Origin: Chrysomallon squamiferum
Lineage: Eukaryota; Animalia; Mollusca
Length of the DNA stretch: 64,000 nt
Assembly (NCBI GenBank): GCA_012295275.1
Contig: CM022679.1
Span: 31,434,001 to 31,498,000, forward strand
Direction of reading: 5' to 3'
Shown: positions 1 through 11,683 of the stretch, piece by piece
How positions within the stretch are numbered: position 1 is the stretch's first letter
How the letters are laid out: each line of letters opens with the position of its first letter
Translations under genes and position numbers: made by a program
Notes under the pieces: generated by a model
What the model saw: only the letters and a program-made list of their open reading frames with translations
Database searches by the model: none
Told to the model about the DNA's origin: nothing

Positions 1-3000
1 GCAGGCACTGAATGATGAGTTTGAGGCAATGACTGAAAAGAAGAAAGATCTTGAAGACAACATTGATCTGTGCTCTAAGAAACTGGACAGAGCCGAGAAG
101 CTGATAGGTGGACTGGGTGGAGAAAAGGACAGGTGGACGGAGGCTGCTCACAATCTGGGAGAGAAGCTGGTCAACATCACAGGAGATGTTCTTCTGTCTT
201 CTGGTGTTGTCGCTTATCTCGGAGCATTCACTGTCGACTTCAGACAGGTGGGTTGTAAATGTATTTGAGTGTCTGTGTGTCTGTGTGTGTGTGTGTCTGA
301 AGTAACATATATGTACTTTTGTGCTTGTTTGTTTATGTATGTATGTGGGTGTTGTGTGATTGTGTTTTGCATGTGTATATGTTTTTTGTTTCTTGTATTT
401 TTTTTATATTTATATGTGTTTTGTGTGCAATCTTTGAGGTGTGTTTGTGTGCTCATATGTGTGTCATTGCATGTGTGTGTAGAGTTGCATTATTTCTATA
501 TTTTGTAATATTGTTCTATCTACATCATTAATTATATTACATTAATTTTTACTGACATTAGCCAGACGAGTAAATAAAAATCTCTTTATTTATGGAAGCA
601 AATGAAAAGAAAATGATGTCTCTTATTTACAAAATATAGCCTATAAAAATAAAACAATGACTATAAAATAAATAAACTGATTTGGTTTTATTTTTGGGTC
701 TTTTTTGGTTTTTTTTTTGTTTGTTTTTGTTTATTTCAGAAAAAAACTAATTAGAAAACTGTTTTTTTCATTTAAAAAACCCAACTAACTAACTAGTAAA
801 TTTATTTATTATCAGGAGATAACTAAAGAATGGCATCGACTGTGTACAGAAAAGCAGATTCCATGTTCTTCGGTTTTCTCACTGAACCAGACACTTGGTG
901 AACCTGTTAAAATCAGAGCCTGGAACATTGCTGGTCTTCCAGTTGATGCCTTCAGTGTGGACAATGGCATCATCGTCAACAAGTCAAGACGATGGCCACT
1001 GATGATTGATCCACAAGGTTTGTCTCTTTATTTATTTCTTATTACTTTTTTTCAGTTTAAAAAAAAAAGAAAGAAATATATATTCTTCTAGAGGATTTCT
1101 GTTTTACATAATTGATGCTGTTTGATGTTCTTTGGTTTGGAGGATTTTTTAGGTCTTATTTGTTTTATGTATATTATCATTATTGTTATTGTTATTATTG
1201 TTGTAGTTGTTATCATTGCTTTTGTTGTTGTTATTATTATTATTATTATTATTACTACTATCTTTTTGATTTGTGTACTACTTGCAATTGTTGTTTCTTT
1301 TACTTTTCTATTGATTATAATCAAATCCATCTACCTATATCTATATCTATAATCTATCTGTCTATATAAATATATATATATTAAGAAATATTTGATTAAT
1401 AATTTCATACAAATTTCTACTTAATCCAGGTCAAGCCAACAAATGGATAAAGACTTTAGAGAAAGAAAACAAACTGGAAATATGTAAACTCTCCAGTGCT
1501 AACTACATGCGGAGCATGGAGAATGCTATCCAGTTTGGAACCCCTGTCCTCCTGGAGAATGTCGGAGAGGAGCTGGATCCTGTTCTTGACTCCATTCTAC
1601 AGAAACAGACCTTCAAGCAGCAGGGAGTCGACTACATCCGCCTTGGTGACAACGTCATTGAGTACAGCCAGGACTTTAAACTGTACATCACTACACGACT
1701 GAGGAATCCACATTATCTTCCTGAAGTGTCTGTGAAGGTGAGTTCTTGAGGATTAATGAATTGAGTAGAATCAGTGAGTCACTGAGTTGAGTAAGTCAGT
1801 GAGTCAGCGAATTGAATAAGTCAGTCACTAAAGTGTCTAAATCAGTGAGTTGGTGCAGTGAATAAAACAGTGAGCCAATGAATTGAATAAAAATGAAACT
1901 GACTTAGTGAACTTAATGACACAGTGAGTCTGTAATTGAATAGTTTAATGAGTCAGTGAATTGAGTAAAACAGTCAGTCAGAAAACTGAATAAATCTTTA
2001 AATCATTGGATAAACTTGTAAGTCAGTGAAGTGAGTACATCAGTGAGTCAATCACCTGAGCAAATCAGTGGGTCAATGAAGTGGGTAAATGAGTTAATTG
2101 AATTAATCAGTGAGTTAGTGAACTGAGTAAGTCTGTAAATCATTACGTAAATTAGTGAGTCAGTTTAATGAGTATAAAAATCTGTGTCAGTGAACTTAAT
2201 ATATCAGTGAATCAGTGAATTCAATAAATCAGTGAATTCAGTAAACCAGTGAACTACTGAACTGATTAAATTAGTGAGTTAGAGAACAGAATAAATCAGT
2301 GATTCTGTGAATTCTGATTCCTGTAACTTTTTATTTCAGGTGTGTCTGCTCAACTTCATGATCACCCCTCAGGGTCTGGAGGATCAGCTGCTGGGAATTG
2401 TGGCAGCCAAGGAGAAACCTGAACTGGAGGAGAAGAAAAATCAGCTGATTATTGAAGGAGCTCACAACAAAAAGCAGCTCAAAGAAATTGAGGACAAAAT
2501 CCTCGAAGTGTTGTCTTCCTCATCAGTAATTAAAATTTTATTAATATATGTTAAGAACAGAAAGAAGATGTTGTGAAAATACTGAACAACTTTTAATAGC
2601 AAAGATCATGTTCTTTATTGCTGTTCATCTTTCATATTATCAAAGAAATAAATGTATGGTAGTTAATAATTGTTAGGCACCATCATGTGTATTAACAAAC
2701 TTTCTAGGTAATTTCTTCATTAACTTTATGTTATTTGTACAATTATTTCCATAAATTTTCCATTTATTAAACATTATGCATCATTCTTGATATTTAATAT
2801 TTTTATTTTATATTCAGTGTTTCGTCTGCTAGAACACATGTTTTTCTTTTTCTTTTTTTCTTTATTTTAAGTCTTTCATTCATTTCTTTGATAATTTGAA
2901 GATGTATATGTAATCATATTTTCTTTTTTTTAAATATTTTAGGGTAACATTCTGGAAGATGAGAGTGCTATCAAGATTTTATCATCCTCAAAGGTTCTGT

Positions 3001-3886
3001 CTGAAGAAATTTCAGCCAAGCAGGAGATTGCTGCGGCAACTGAAGTTGAGATAGATCGAACTAGGAATGGCTACAAGCCAGTTGCTGTTCATTCATCCAT
3101 TCTTTTCTTCTGTATCTCTGATCTTGCCAACATTGAGCCCATGTACCAGTACTCACTCACTTGGTTCATTAATTTGTATCTACAGGTAACTTCATATATA
3201 CCTACATTTTACAGGTCATTTCATGAACATTCATTTATAATCACATACCTGGATAATTCATGTTTTCATATACAAGTAACTTCAAAAATGTTATTATATC
3301 TGTATTTACAGGTTATTTAATTAATGTGCATTTTAATTAACATTTTATATACAGGTAACTTCTAAGATATTATAACCTGTATTTACAGGTTACTTCAAAA
3401 ATCAGATAGCTGGTTCATTAACTGGTGCATTTAGATAATTCTTTTAAAAATATATATACCTCTATCTTAAGCAAATTAATTTTCAGATGATAATATCCCT
3501 TTTTTTTACACATAATTTCAAACATGTTATCATTAATTACCAACATATAAAACTATATTAATTATTTTATTGTTAAGTCTTTTTTTTTTTTTTTTTTTTT
3601 TTTTCCAATTATTTCAGTCAATTATCAACAGCACACCTTCAGATGATCTGGAAGAACGAATCTTCAACCTGAATGATCACTTCACCAACAGCATCTACCG
3701 CAATGTCTGTCGCTCACTGTTTGAAAAAGACAAACTTCTCTTCTCATTCCTCTTGTGTGTTGGCATCATGAAAGGACAGTAAGTTGTTTGGGTTTTATAA
3801 TATATTTCAAAATAAATGAATAATATCTCTCTATATGATAAATATGAACAGACATTAATTAATCAGAACAAAAAGAAGAATTGATT

Positions 3887-3982
<96 letters not shown>

Positions 3983-4029
3983 ACTCTCTCTCTCTCTCTG
4001 TCCAGCCATCTTTCTATGTGTATAGATGA

Positions 4030-4065
<36 letters not shown>

Positions 4066-7000
4066 TTGTGCATGATGGTAAAATGTACTGTGAAAATAAA
4101 CAGCTACATAGAATATTGAAATTATTTTTGTTTTCTATCTTTATTAATTTCTTTTTTAATCACAGCCATGAAAATTTCATTATATATTTACATTGATGAT
4201 TTTAATGTATTGGTTATTTGAAAAGATTAATTTTAGGGCACTAACAGTTAATATATTGTGTAAATTTAAATATAATTGGACCTTGTTTTTTTCTTTACAG
4301 AGGAAAGATAGAGGAAGATGTGTGGAGATTTTTGCTTACAGGAGGTGTGGCTCTTGAAAATCGGCTGCCAAACCCTGCCCCTGATTGGCTCACTGACAAA
4401 TCATGGTCTGAAATAGTTAGGATATCAGACATCCCATCTCTGAGTGAATTCAAATCTCGTAAGTGTTTGATTGAGTGTAATGATTATCATATGTCTCATC
4501 TCTGAGTGAATTCAAACCTTCTAAATATTTTAATAAATATAGTTATCAGATATTCCATATCTGAGTGAATTCAGACCTTGTAAGATTTTAGCAAATATTA
4601 TATTATCAAATATCCATATATTCAACGTTTCTTTAAAGAAAAGAAAAAGCTATACTTGGTTTTTTATATCATATTTTATTGTTGTATACAGAGAAAAATT
4701 AAAGAATTATTTGAAATTATAAATATTGTATTAAGTGAGTTAGTTCACAGAAAACACACAAATAAATAAAATAGAAAGATACAGAATATGTGCCTTTTGT
4801 TTATTCCAGTTAGTTGAATATCACAATACAAAATACCTACTGTTTGTTTGTTACTGAATACTGTTGGAGCAGAAAAGTATGTGCCTTCCATTTTCTCATA
4901 AATGCATTAAAAGTTCAATTTAATTAAAGTTGTTATTTCCTTTCTACTACAAAATAATATATAAATAATATTTGTCTGTGTCTCAGACTTTGTTGAACAC
5001 GTTGATGAATGGAAGAAGTTTTATGACTCCTCAAAGCCAAATGAACACAAACTGCCCGGACACTTCAACAGTTTAGGAGGCCTGAAGAAAATGGCCATAC
5101 TGAGGACACTTCGTCCAGACAAAATAGTACCAGCCACCCAGGACTTCATTGTGGACAATCTCGGCCAGTCGTTCATTGAGCCCCCAACCTTTGACCTTCC
5201 TGGGTCGTTTGCTGATTCTAACTGTTGTGCACCCCTCATTTTTGTGCTCTCCCCAGGAGCTGATCCCATGGTTGCCTTGTTGAAGTTTGGCCAAGACAGT
5301 GGATACAGTGGGGATAGGATCAGCACTATATCACTTGGACAAGGCCAGGTAAGGATCATTCTTGTTCATGTTGTTTGAAGATGTTGTTAATTTTAAAATT
5401 AATAACTTAATGTTCATCTTGTATGTGTGTGTGTGTTGTGTCTATCAGTTTTGTTAATGTTATTAAATAATTTGTATAGTTTTAATATTTACTTCTTTGT
5501 TAATTTATTGCTGTTGCTTCAGATAGTGTTGTAAATGTTTCAGGGACCCATTGCTGCCAAAATGATTGAATCAGCTTTAAAGAATGGCACTTGGGTTGTG
5601 CTGCAGAACTGTCACTTAGCAACAAGCTGGATGCCAAAACTGGAGAAAATTTGTGAAGAGGTAAATAACAGAAGCAGTTATATTCTCTTGCATGATATTA
5701 ATAGTAATATTTATTTATTTATACAGTGTATTATATTTTTTATATACTTGTTAAAGAATTTTTGTTTCTATTCGTGTATCCCAAAAATTATAATATTTGT
5801 CTTCCTTCTGATAAAAATTTGTTAAATGGGATTTGCTGAGATTTTGTTTTTAATCTGAATGCATTTGTTTTCATTTTCTTTTTTTTTAAACTTCAAAACT
5901 GTTTGAAAAGATACCCATTCTAGCAATTTACTGTTTATTTTGCTATAAAGCAATTATCTTTTTCTCTTGTTTCGTTCATTTTTTTAATTATTTTTCTTTT
6001 TACTTCTTGGCTCTGATTTTTTAATGAGATTGATAAATAAAATAAGTGAAATCATTCCTAAATTTGTTTACTTAACCTTTATCACTTGCTGAGTTATTTT
6101 GTTATTTTGCCTCTGTTTTATACCTACTTTTCTTGAACATTTAAAAAGAAAGAAAAAAATATATGTATATACTAATTGATTAGTTTTATTTGTAGAGTAT
6201 TGTTCCAGAAAACACACACAAAGATTTCAGACTATGGTTAACCAGCTACCCATCTGACCAGTTCCCTGTCTCTATTTTACAAAATGGTAAGAACAATCAC
6301 ACAGACACACACTATCATACATACACACACAAAACCCAGATACAACAACAACATACAGTTTTCAGACTTCTTATCTTCACAAATGCAAACATAAACACAA
6401 CACAGAATCACAAACACACATACATAATTTGGTAATGATTAAGTAGCTTATTTTAAAATTTAAGCACTGATTTATGTCCTATAATACATTATAATACATT
6501 ATAAGACATTATAAACAACATGTATACCAACACACAGAGAGTTCTTAAAACATTCTGTAAATTAATGAATTTCTCTTTCAGGTGTTAAGATGACAAATGA
6601 GCCTCCTAAAGGTATGAGAGCTAATTTGATGAGATCCTACTTGAATGATCCTATATCTGACCCTGCATTCTACAATGGCTGCAACAAGGTAAAACTTCAG
6701 CAACGTCCTACACTTATTAAGATACACTGATTTCCCCCAGTATAAAATAAACTGTATTTACAAAATCATGTTTACTGAGTCCATACAGATATTAATTTTA
6801 ATTTTTAATTTATTTATCCTAAGTAATGTTGATATTTACACATTTATTTACAGCCTCACCGATGGCACAAAATGCTTCTAGGTTTGTGTTTCTTCCATGC
6901 CATGGTTCAGGAAAGACGAAAGTTTGGACCTCTCGGCTGGAACATTCCATACGAGTTCAATGAGTCCGATCTGAGAATCAGCATGAGGCAGATGCTGGTG

Positions 7001-8360
7001 AGTTCTGATTCTGTCTTCACATCTGAGATTTAAAACAATATTGTTATTATTATTATTATTATTATTGTTATTGTTATTGTTATTGTTATTATAATAATAA
7101 TAATTATTATTAGTAGTACTACTACTACAATTATTATTATATTATTACTACTACTACTGCTACTACTATTATTACTGCTACTACTACTACTACTACTACT
7201 ATTACTACTACTACTACTGTTGTTATTATTATTAAATGAATCCATGCTCATTACTTCGAAGATTTAGTTCCATTTTTTTTAACTTTGATTATAGCTATTA
7301 TAATGACTATTTTTAGAAATACTAGTAGAAGTAGTAAAAGTAGTAGTAGTAATAGTTATAGTAGTAGTAGTAGCAGCAGCAGCAGTAGCAATAGTAGTAT
7401 TGCAGTAGTAATAGTATTAGTAACTGTTATTGTTGTTGTTGTTGTTGCTGTTATTACAGGAATAACTTCAGTCACTAACAAAATTTAATGTGAGGTACAT
7501 AAAATACAAAATACTGTATTGAATTTCAGATGTTTTTAAATGACTACGAAGATCTACCTCTGCCCGCTCTCAACTATCTGACAGGGGAGTGTAACTATGG
7601 TGGGCGTGTCACTGATGACAAGGACAGGCGACTCCTGCTGTCTCTCCTGTCCATCTTCTACAATGAAAAGATTATCAGTGAGCCAGGCTACAAGTAAGAA
7701 ACTTTTATTACTTTATAAATCATAAAAATGTGTTTTCATAGTTTGGTTATATCTAGACTGGCCTATGTATTTTCTTCTGGATTTTTAATATATAGGAACC
7801 AGTAGCAATAATAAAATTTACATTTGAACAATCTGACACAGCATGAACAAAATTTCATATTATCAGATTTAAAAATTGATAAAATTTAGAGTTGCATTAT
7901 CAGTATTGTTGGCATAATTAAGTGTCAAATATTCTAAATGACTGTTTTCAGGTTTTCACCAAGTGGTACTTACCACTGTCCAGATGTGGACTCATATGAT
8001 GATTTCCTGGACTACATCAAATCACTTCCTCTCCTTCCAAATCCTGAAGTGTTTGGACTTCATGAGAATGCTGACATTACCAAGGACAACCAGGAAACCA
8101 ATCAGGTAATGTTTTGTAATGAAAATGCTATGTACTGTAATGTCATGAATTGTATTAAACACCCTTAATCCCCATTCTATCAGCAACAACAAAAAAAAAA
8201 TATATTAAAATGTGAGATACCAAAAGCTAAACAAATACATTTGTACCATTAAGCCTTGCTGTGATAATGTGACTAAAAATAATTTAAAATTAGATTAGGA
8301 AAACAGAAACACAAATCTGTGTATGTGCATGTGTGTGTGCATGTGTGGATTAATGGTGTG

Positions 8361-8424
<64 letters not shown>

Positions 8425-8859
8425 AGTGAGAGAGAGAAAGAGATTATGTTGATGATCTTGTTATTTCAAGTATTTATAGTATTCTGTTCCGTTTATCTTT
8501 GGAAATAGCCATAATATATAACATAGAGCATTTTATTCAACACTTATCAAAAGTAATACTAAATTATTTATGTTCTACTTTAGTTGAAAGTTTTATATTT
8601 GTCTTCCAAAAGGTTACAAAATATAAGAGATAACAGATTAGTAGACTTCACTGATTAATGCTAAGCTATTTAGTTATATAGATTGTGTACAGGTGTACAA
8701 TGTGTGTGTTGTTTTCCAGCTGTTTGAAAGCATTCTGCTGTGTCTGCCTAGGCAGACTGGTGGAGGAGGGAAGTCATCTGGTGATGTGTTACAAGACCTG
8801 GCCACTGACATCCTGTCTAAACTGCCACCTAACTACGACCTCGAATTTGTACGTTATTA

Positions 8860-8922
<63 letters not shown>

Positions 8923-9748
8923 ATATTTTATAATAAATCTGTAAATTTTCCTTTGTCTGATTAACTGTTTCACTGAACAATTAATTAATTCAGGAAATAC
9001 ATAATTAATTTTGTTTACAAAACCAGTGAGCCCATTAGAAACTGTAATCTAACTGTAAACTCAGTTCATATAGGAAGTTCGTTTTACTTTTATTATCATT
9101 CTGAAATTATTTTTTGCTATTTAAGATAATATAATTTATTAATGCTGTTTTGCTATCATTTTTTTTTTGGACAATATACCTCTGAACTATTTTCATGTTT
9201 GTCTGTTTAAACTAACTTTGATATAAAATATGAAATATACTGCAAGTACATGATATTATGAAGACACTGAATAAAAAAAAAAAACAACTAATAATTTAAA
9301 TCTCATGTTGAAAATGCAGGTGATGAACAAATTCCCTGTGCTGTACGATGAGTCAATGAACACAGTGCTGAGACAGGAACTGATTCGATTCAATCGTCTG
9401 ACCACTGTCGTCAGGTCATCACTGCAGAACCTACAGAAGGCTATCAAAGGGTCTGGTGGTTATGTCAACTGAACTGGAGGAGGTGTTTAATTCAATGCTC
9501 ATAGGAAAAGTGCCAGCTGTTTGGGCATCGAAATCGTACCCGTCTCTGAAACCTCTTGGTGGCTACATCACTGACTTGTTAGCCAGGTACATTTTGTTTG
9601 AAAATAATTGTGTTTCTATACTTATTTTTTATATATATATATATATATATTGTAGGTTATATCAGCAGAATTTATAGTTATGTTCATTTATGCTTTATGT
9701 ATATTTGATTGGTGCTTCTGTTGGAAAGTATGTGTGTGTGTGTGTGTG

Positions 9749-9799
<51 letters not shown>

Positions 9800-11683
9800 A
9801 TATACATATACATTATAAATATATTAATAAACTTTACAGTTATTTTCATTTATGCTTTATTTCAAACTGATATATGATTTGGAGAGAAAAAGTTATTTAA
9901 AATTGATAGAATTGCTGTAAAATCAAAGAATAATCTAGAAATTTCTTAATAAACCCCAGCTGCATAGAAAAAAATTAAAGGTAATTTTTGATCATTTTAA
10001 ATTCTTTGATTTCCAGACTGCATTTCTTCCAAGACTGGATTGACAAAGGAGCACCTACTACATTCTGGTTGTCTGGATTTTACTTTACACAGTCTTTCCT
10101 CACAGGTATGTTTGTTCACATTTTACTTAATAATAACATCTAATGTCTGAATTTTACACAACAGTGTTTTCTCACAGGTATGTATGTTTAGATTTTTACT
10201 TAATGTAGTATCTAATGTCTGGATTTTACACAACAGTGTTTTCTCACAGGTATGTATGTTTAGATTTTTACTTAATGTATTATCTAATGTCTGGATTTTA
10301 CACAACTCATCCTTTTTTTTTTTTTTTTTTTGATCAACAGGTGTGTCTCAGAACTTTGCCAGGAAGTATTGCATTCCTATTGATCTGGTTGGATTTGAGT
10401 TTGAGATCACCAGAGAAGAAAAATTTATGACCGAGAAGGCTGAAGATGGTGCCTTTGTTTATGTGAGTGTTATTTTCATAAATACTCTTCTGAGGGTTTA
10501 TATTTGAGTTCATTTGTCTGTTTTGTAAAATATATTTGAATTTTTGTTTCCTATTTAATGTATTTTGAGTAATGCCCATCATACAAAGCTGTGCCTAGAC
10601 TTATAGTATTTTGTTAAAATTTTGTTAAAACGGGTAAAATATATTGAAATTGAATGTTGTCAGGCAAGTCTGATTTATTTAAATTAAGTCTTATAAGAGT
10701 TGAACATTACCCAGGATGATAAAATATAATATGAACCTTACCTAGTTTTAAAAAAGAATTCACAAAATTTCAACATAAATCTGACCACATTCGTATATTT
10801 ATTGTTTACACTGAATAAATGAATCTCTGTAGATAGTGCATGATCGAATTTTTGAGTGACATCTTTGTGTTGTTGTATTTTTCAGGGGTTGTTTCTAGAG
10901 GGAGCTAGATGGGACCGAGAGAAGCAGTGTCTTGGAGAATCTTTACCCAAAATACTCTTTGATCCCGTCCCTGTTGTATCCTTTCTCATCAACATTTCAA
11001 TACTTTACACCACAGTTTTCTTTCTTTTTTTATTGTTGTTGTTTATTTGTTTGTCATCCTTTTTGTTACTGGGTTTTTTTTGTGGGGTTTTTGTTATTTT
11101 GTCTTCTTATTTTTTATTTTGTTATTTATTTATTTTTTTTTTTTTTTTTTTTTTTTTTTGATGAATGATAACTGAACAAATAAACTTCTATATATGTTTA
11201 TATACTACAGTTGAAATATTTGTATCTGAATATATAATATTTAACACTTTTTCAGTAAAGGTATATACTAACTGACTTTGTTTTTAAAAATGTTCATGAC
11301 AAATTGTTACATAATTTATAAATTCCATCACAAATGAAACATTTAAATTATTAAATTTACTTTGCACATAAAAAAAAAAAAAAAAAGATAATTTTGCAGT
11401 TTGTTTTTGTTCTGTATAAAATGAAATAATTTATGATCATTTCATAGTTGTTTATTAAGCCTTAACCAGATAACAGATTCAACTAAAGCCAAACGAGGTA
11501 TCCAAATTTTCAAAGAAACCTACATACTATTGTCCTGTATACAAGACCAGTGCAAGGAGAGGTGTCCTGTCCACTACTGGTCACTCTACAAACTTTGTCT
11601 TGTATATTGACATTCCTTCTGACAAGCCAGAAAGTCACTGGATAAACCGAGGAGTTGCTGCCCTTTGTCAGCTGGATGACTAA
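1..11683 (+). CDS. DNAH3: Dynein axonemal heavy chain, DNAH3-like (single-headed inner-arm class); 3' part only, from the stalk return coil through AAA5, AAA6 and the C-terminal domain. The 5' part lies outside the window.
   Basis: Exons with GT-AG boundaries: <1-247, 816-1017, 1430-1737, 2340-2525, 2943-3185, 3618-3778, 4301-4458, 4987-5348, 5544-5660, 6196-6286, 6582-6688, 6854-6997, 7530-7693, 7952-8105, 8720-8848, 9320-9586, 10017-10105, 10341-10462, 10886-10975, 11477-11683 (TAA). Motifs: [155 protein letters not shown] and [26 protein letters not shown] resemble DNAH3 more than DNAH7/12 (from memory). One extra base at 9449-9451. Confidence 0.92.
1738..2310. repeat. Degenerate ~25-bp minisatellite (approx. 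ATCAGTGAGTCAGTGAATTGAGTAA) filling a dynein intron
   Basis: Recurrent cagtgagtc / cagtgaattga / gagtaa units from the donor at 1738 to about 2310. Confidence 0.8.
3161..3440 (+). repeat. Degenerate tandem copies of the exon end plus 5' splice site (TGTATCTACAG|GTAACTTC)
   Basis: tacaggtaacttc at 3181; variants tacaggtcatttc, tacaagtaacttc, tacaggttatt, tacaggtaacttc (3350), tacaggttacttc; tggttcattaa recurs at about 3411. Confidence 0.7.
3888..4063. repeat. (CT)n microsatellite followed by (TG)n
   Basis: Direct inspection. Confidence 0.95.
4420..4630 (+). repeat. ~60-bp tandem repeat spanning a dynein exon/intron junction (3 copies plus a partial one)
   Basis: ctgagtgaattca at 4440, 4502 and 4561, each preceded by a tatcaNaYatYYcat-like stretch. 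Confidence 0.8.
7040..7450. repeat. Compound trinucleotide microsatellites (TAT/TAA, TAC, then GTA/GCA, GTT)
   Basis: Direct inspection of intron 6998-7529. Confidence 0.9.
10071..10305 (+). repeat. 72-bp tandem repeat spanning a dynein exon/intron junction (3 copies plus a partial one)
   Basis: ctcacag|gtatgt with the exon-side G at 10105, 10177 and 10249; gtctgRattttac recurs at the same spacing. Confidence 0.9.
10976..11476 (+). other. U12-type (minor spliceosome) GT-AG intron, last intron of the dynein gene
   Basis: 5' end GTATCCTTT is the U12 donor consensus. CCTTAAC branch site at 11460-11466 lies close to the AG, with no polypyrimidine tract. Splicing joins ...FDPVPV|IQLKP... in frame. 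Confidence 0.88.

Noticed and set aside
214-1369. ORF-track entries rich in CV, I, Y, L or HT runs (also about 7030-7488, 8323, 9680, 19646, 20680-21133, 23723, 26685, 34693-35046)
   Set aside because: They are translations of microsatellites and low-complexity intronic or intergenic DNA.
5021-5359. Antisense ORFs over real exons (also 9256, 21597, 32783, 38560, 41676, 57401, 57874, 62291)
   Set aside because: They are shadow frames of conserved coding exons with no independent support.
10071-10305. Regularly spaced repeats resembling CRISPR arrays (also 58278-58405 and 59524-59747)
   Set aside because: Eukaryotic introns, no unique spacers of fixed length, no cas genes; the units derive from host splice junctions.
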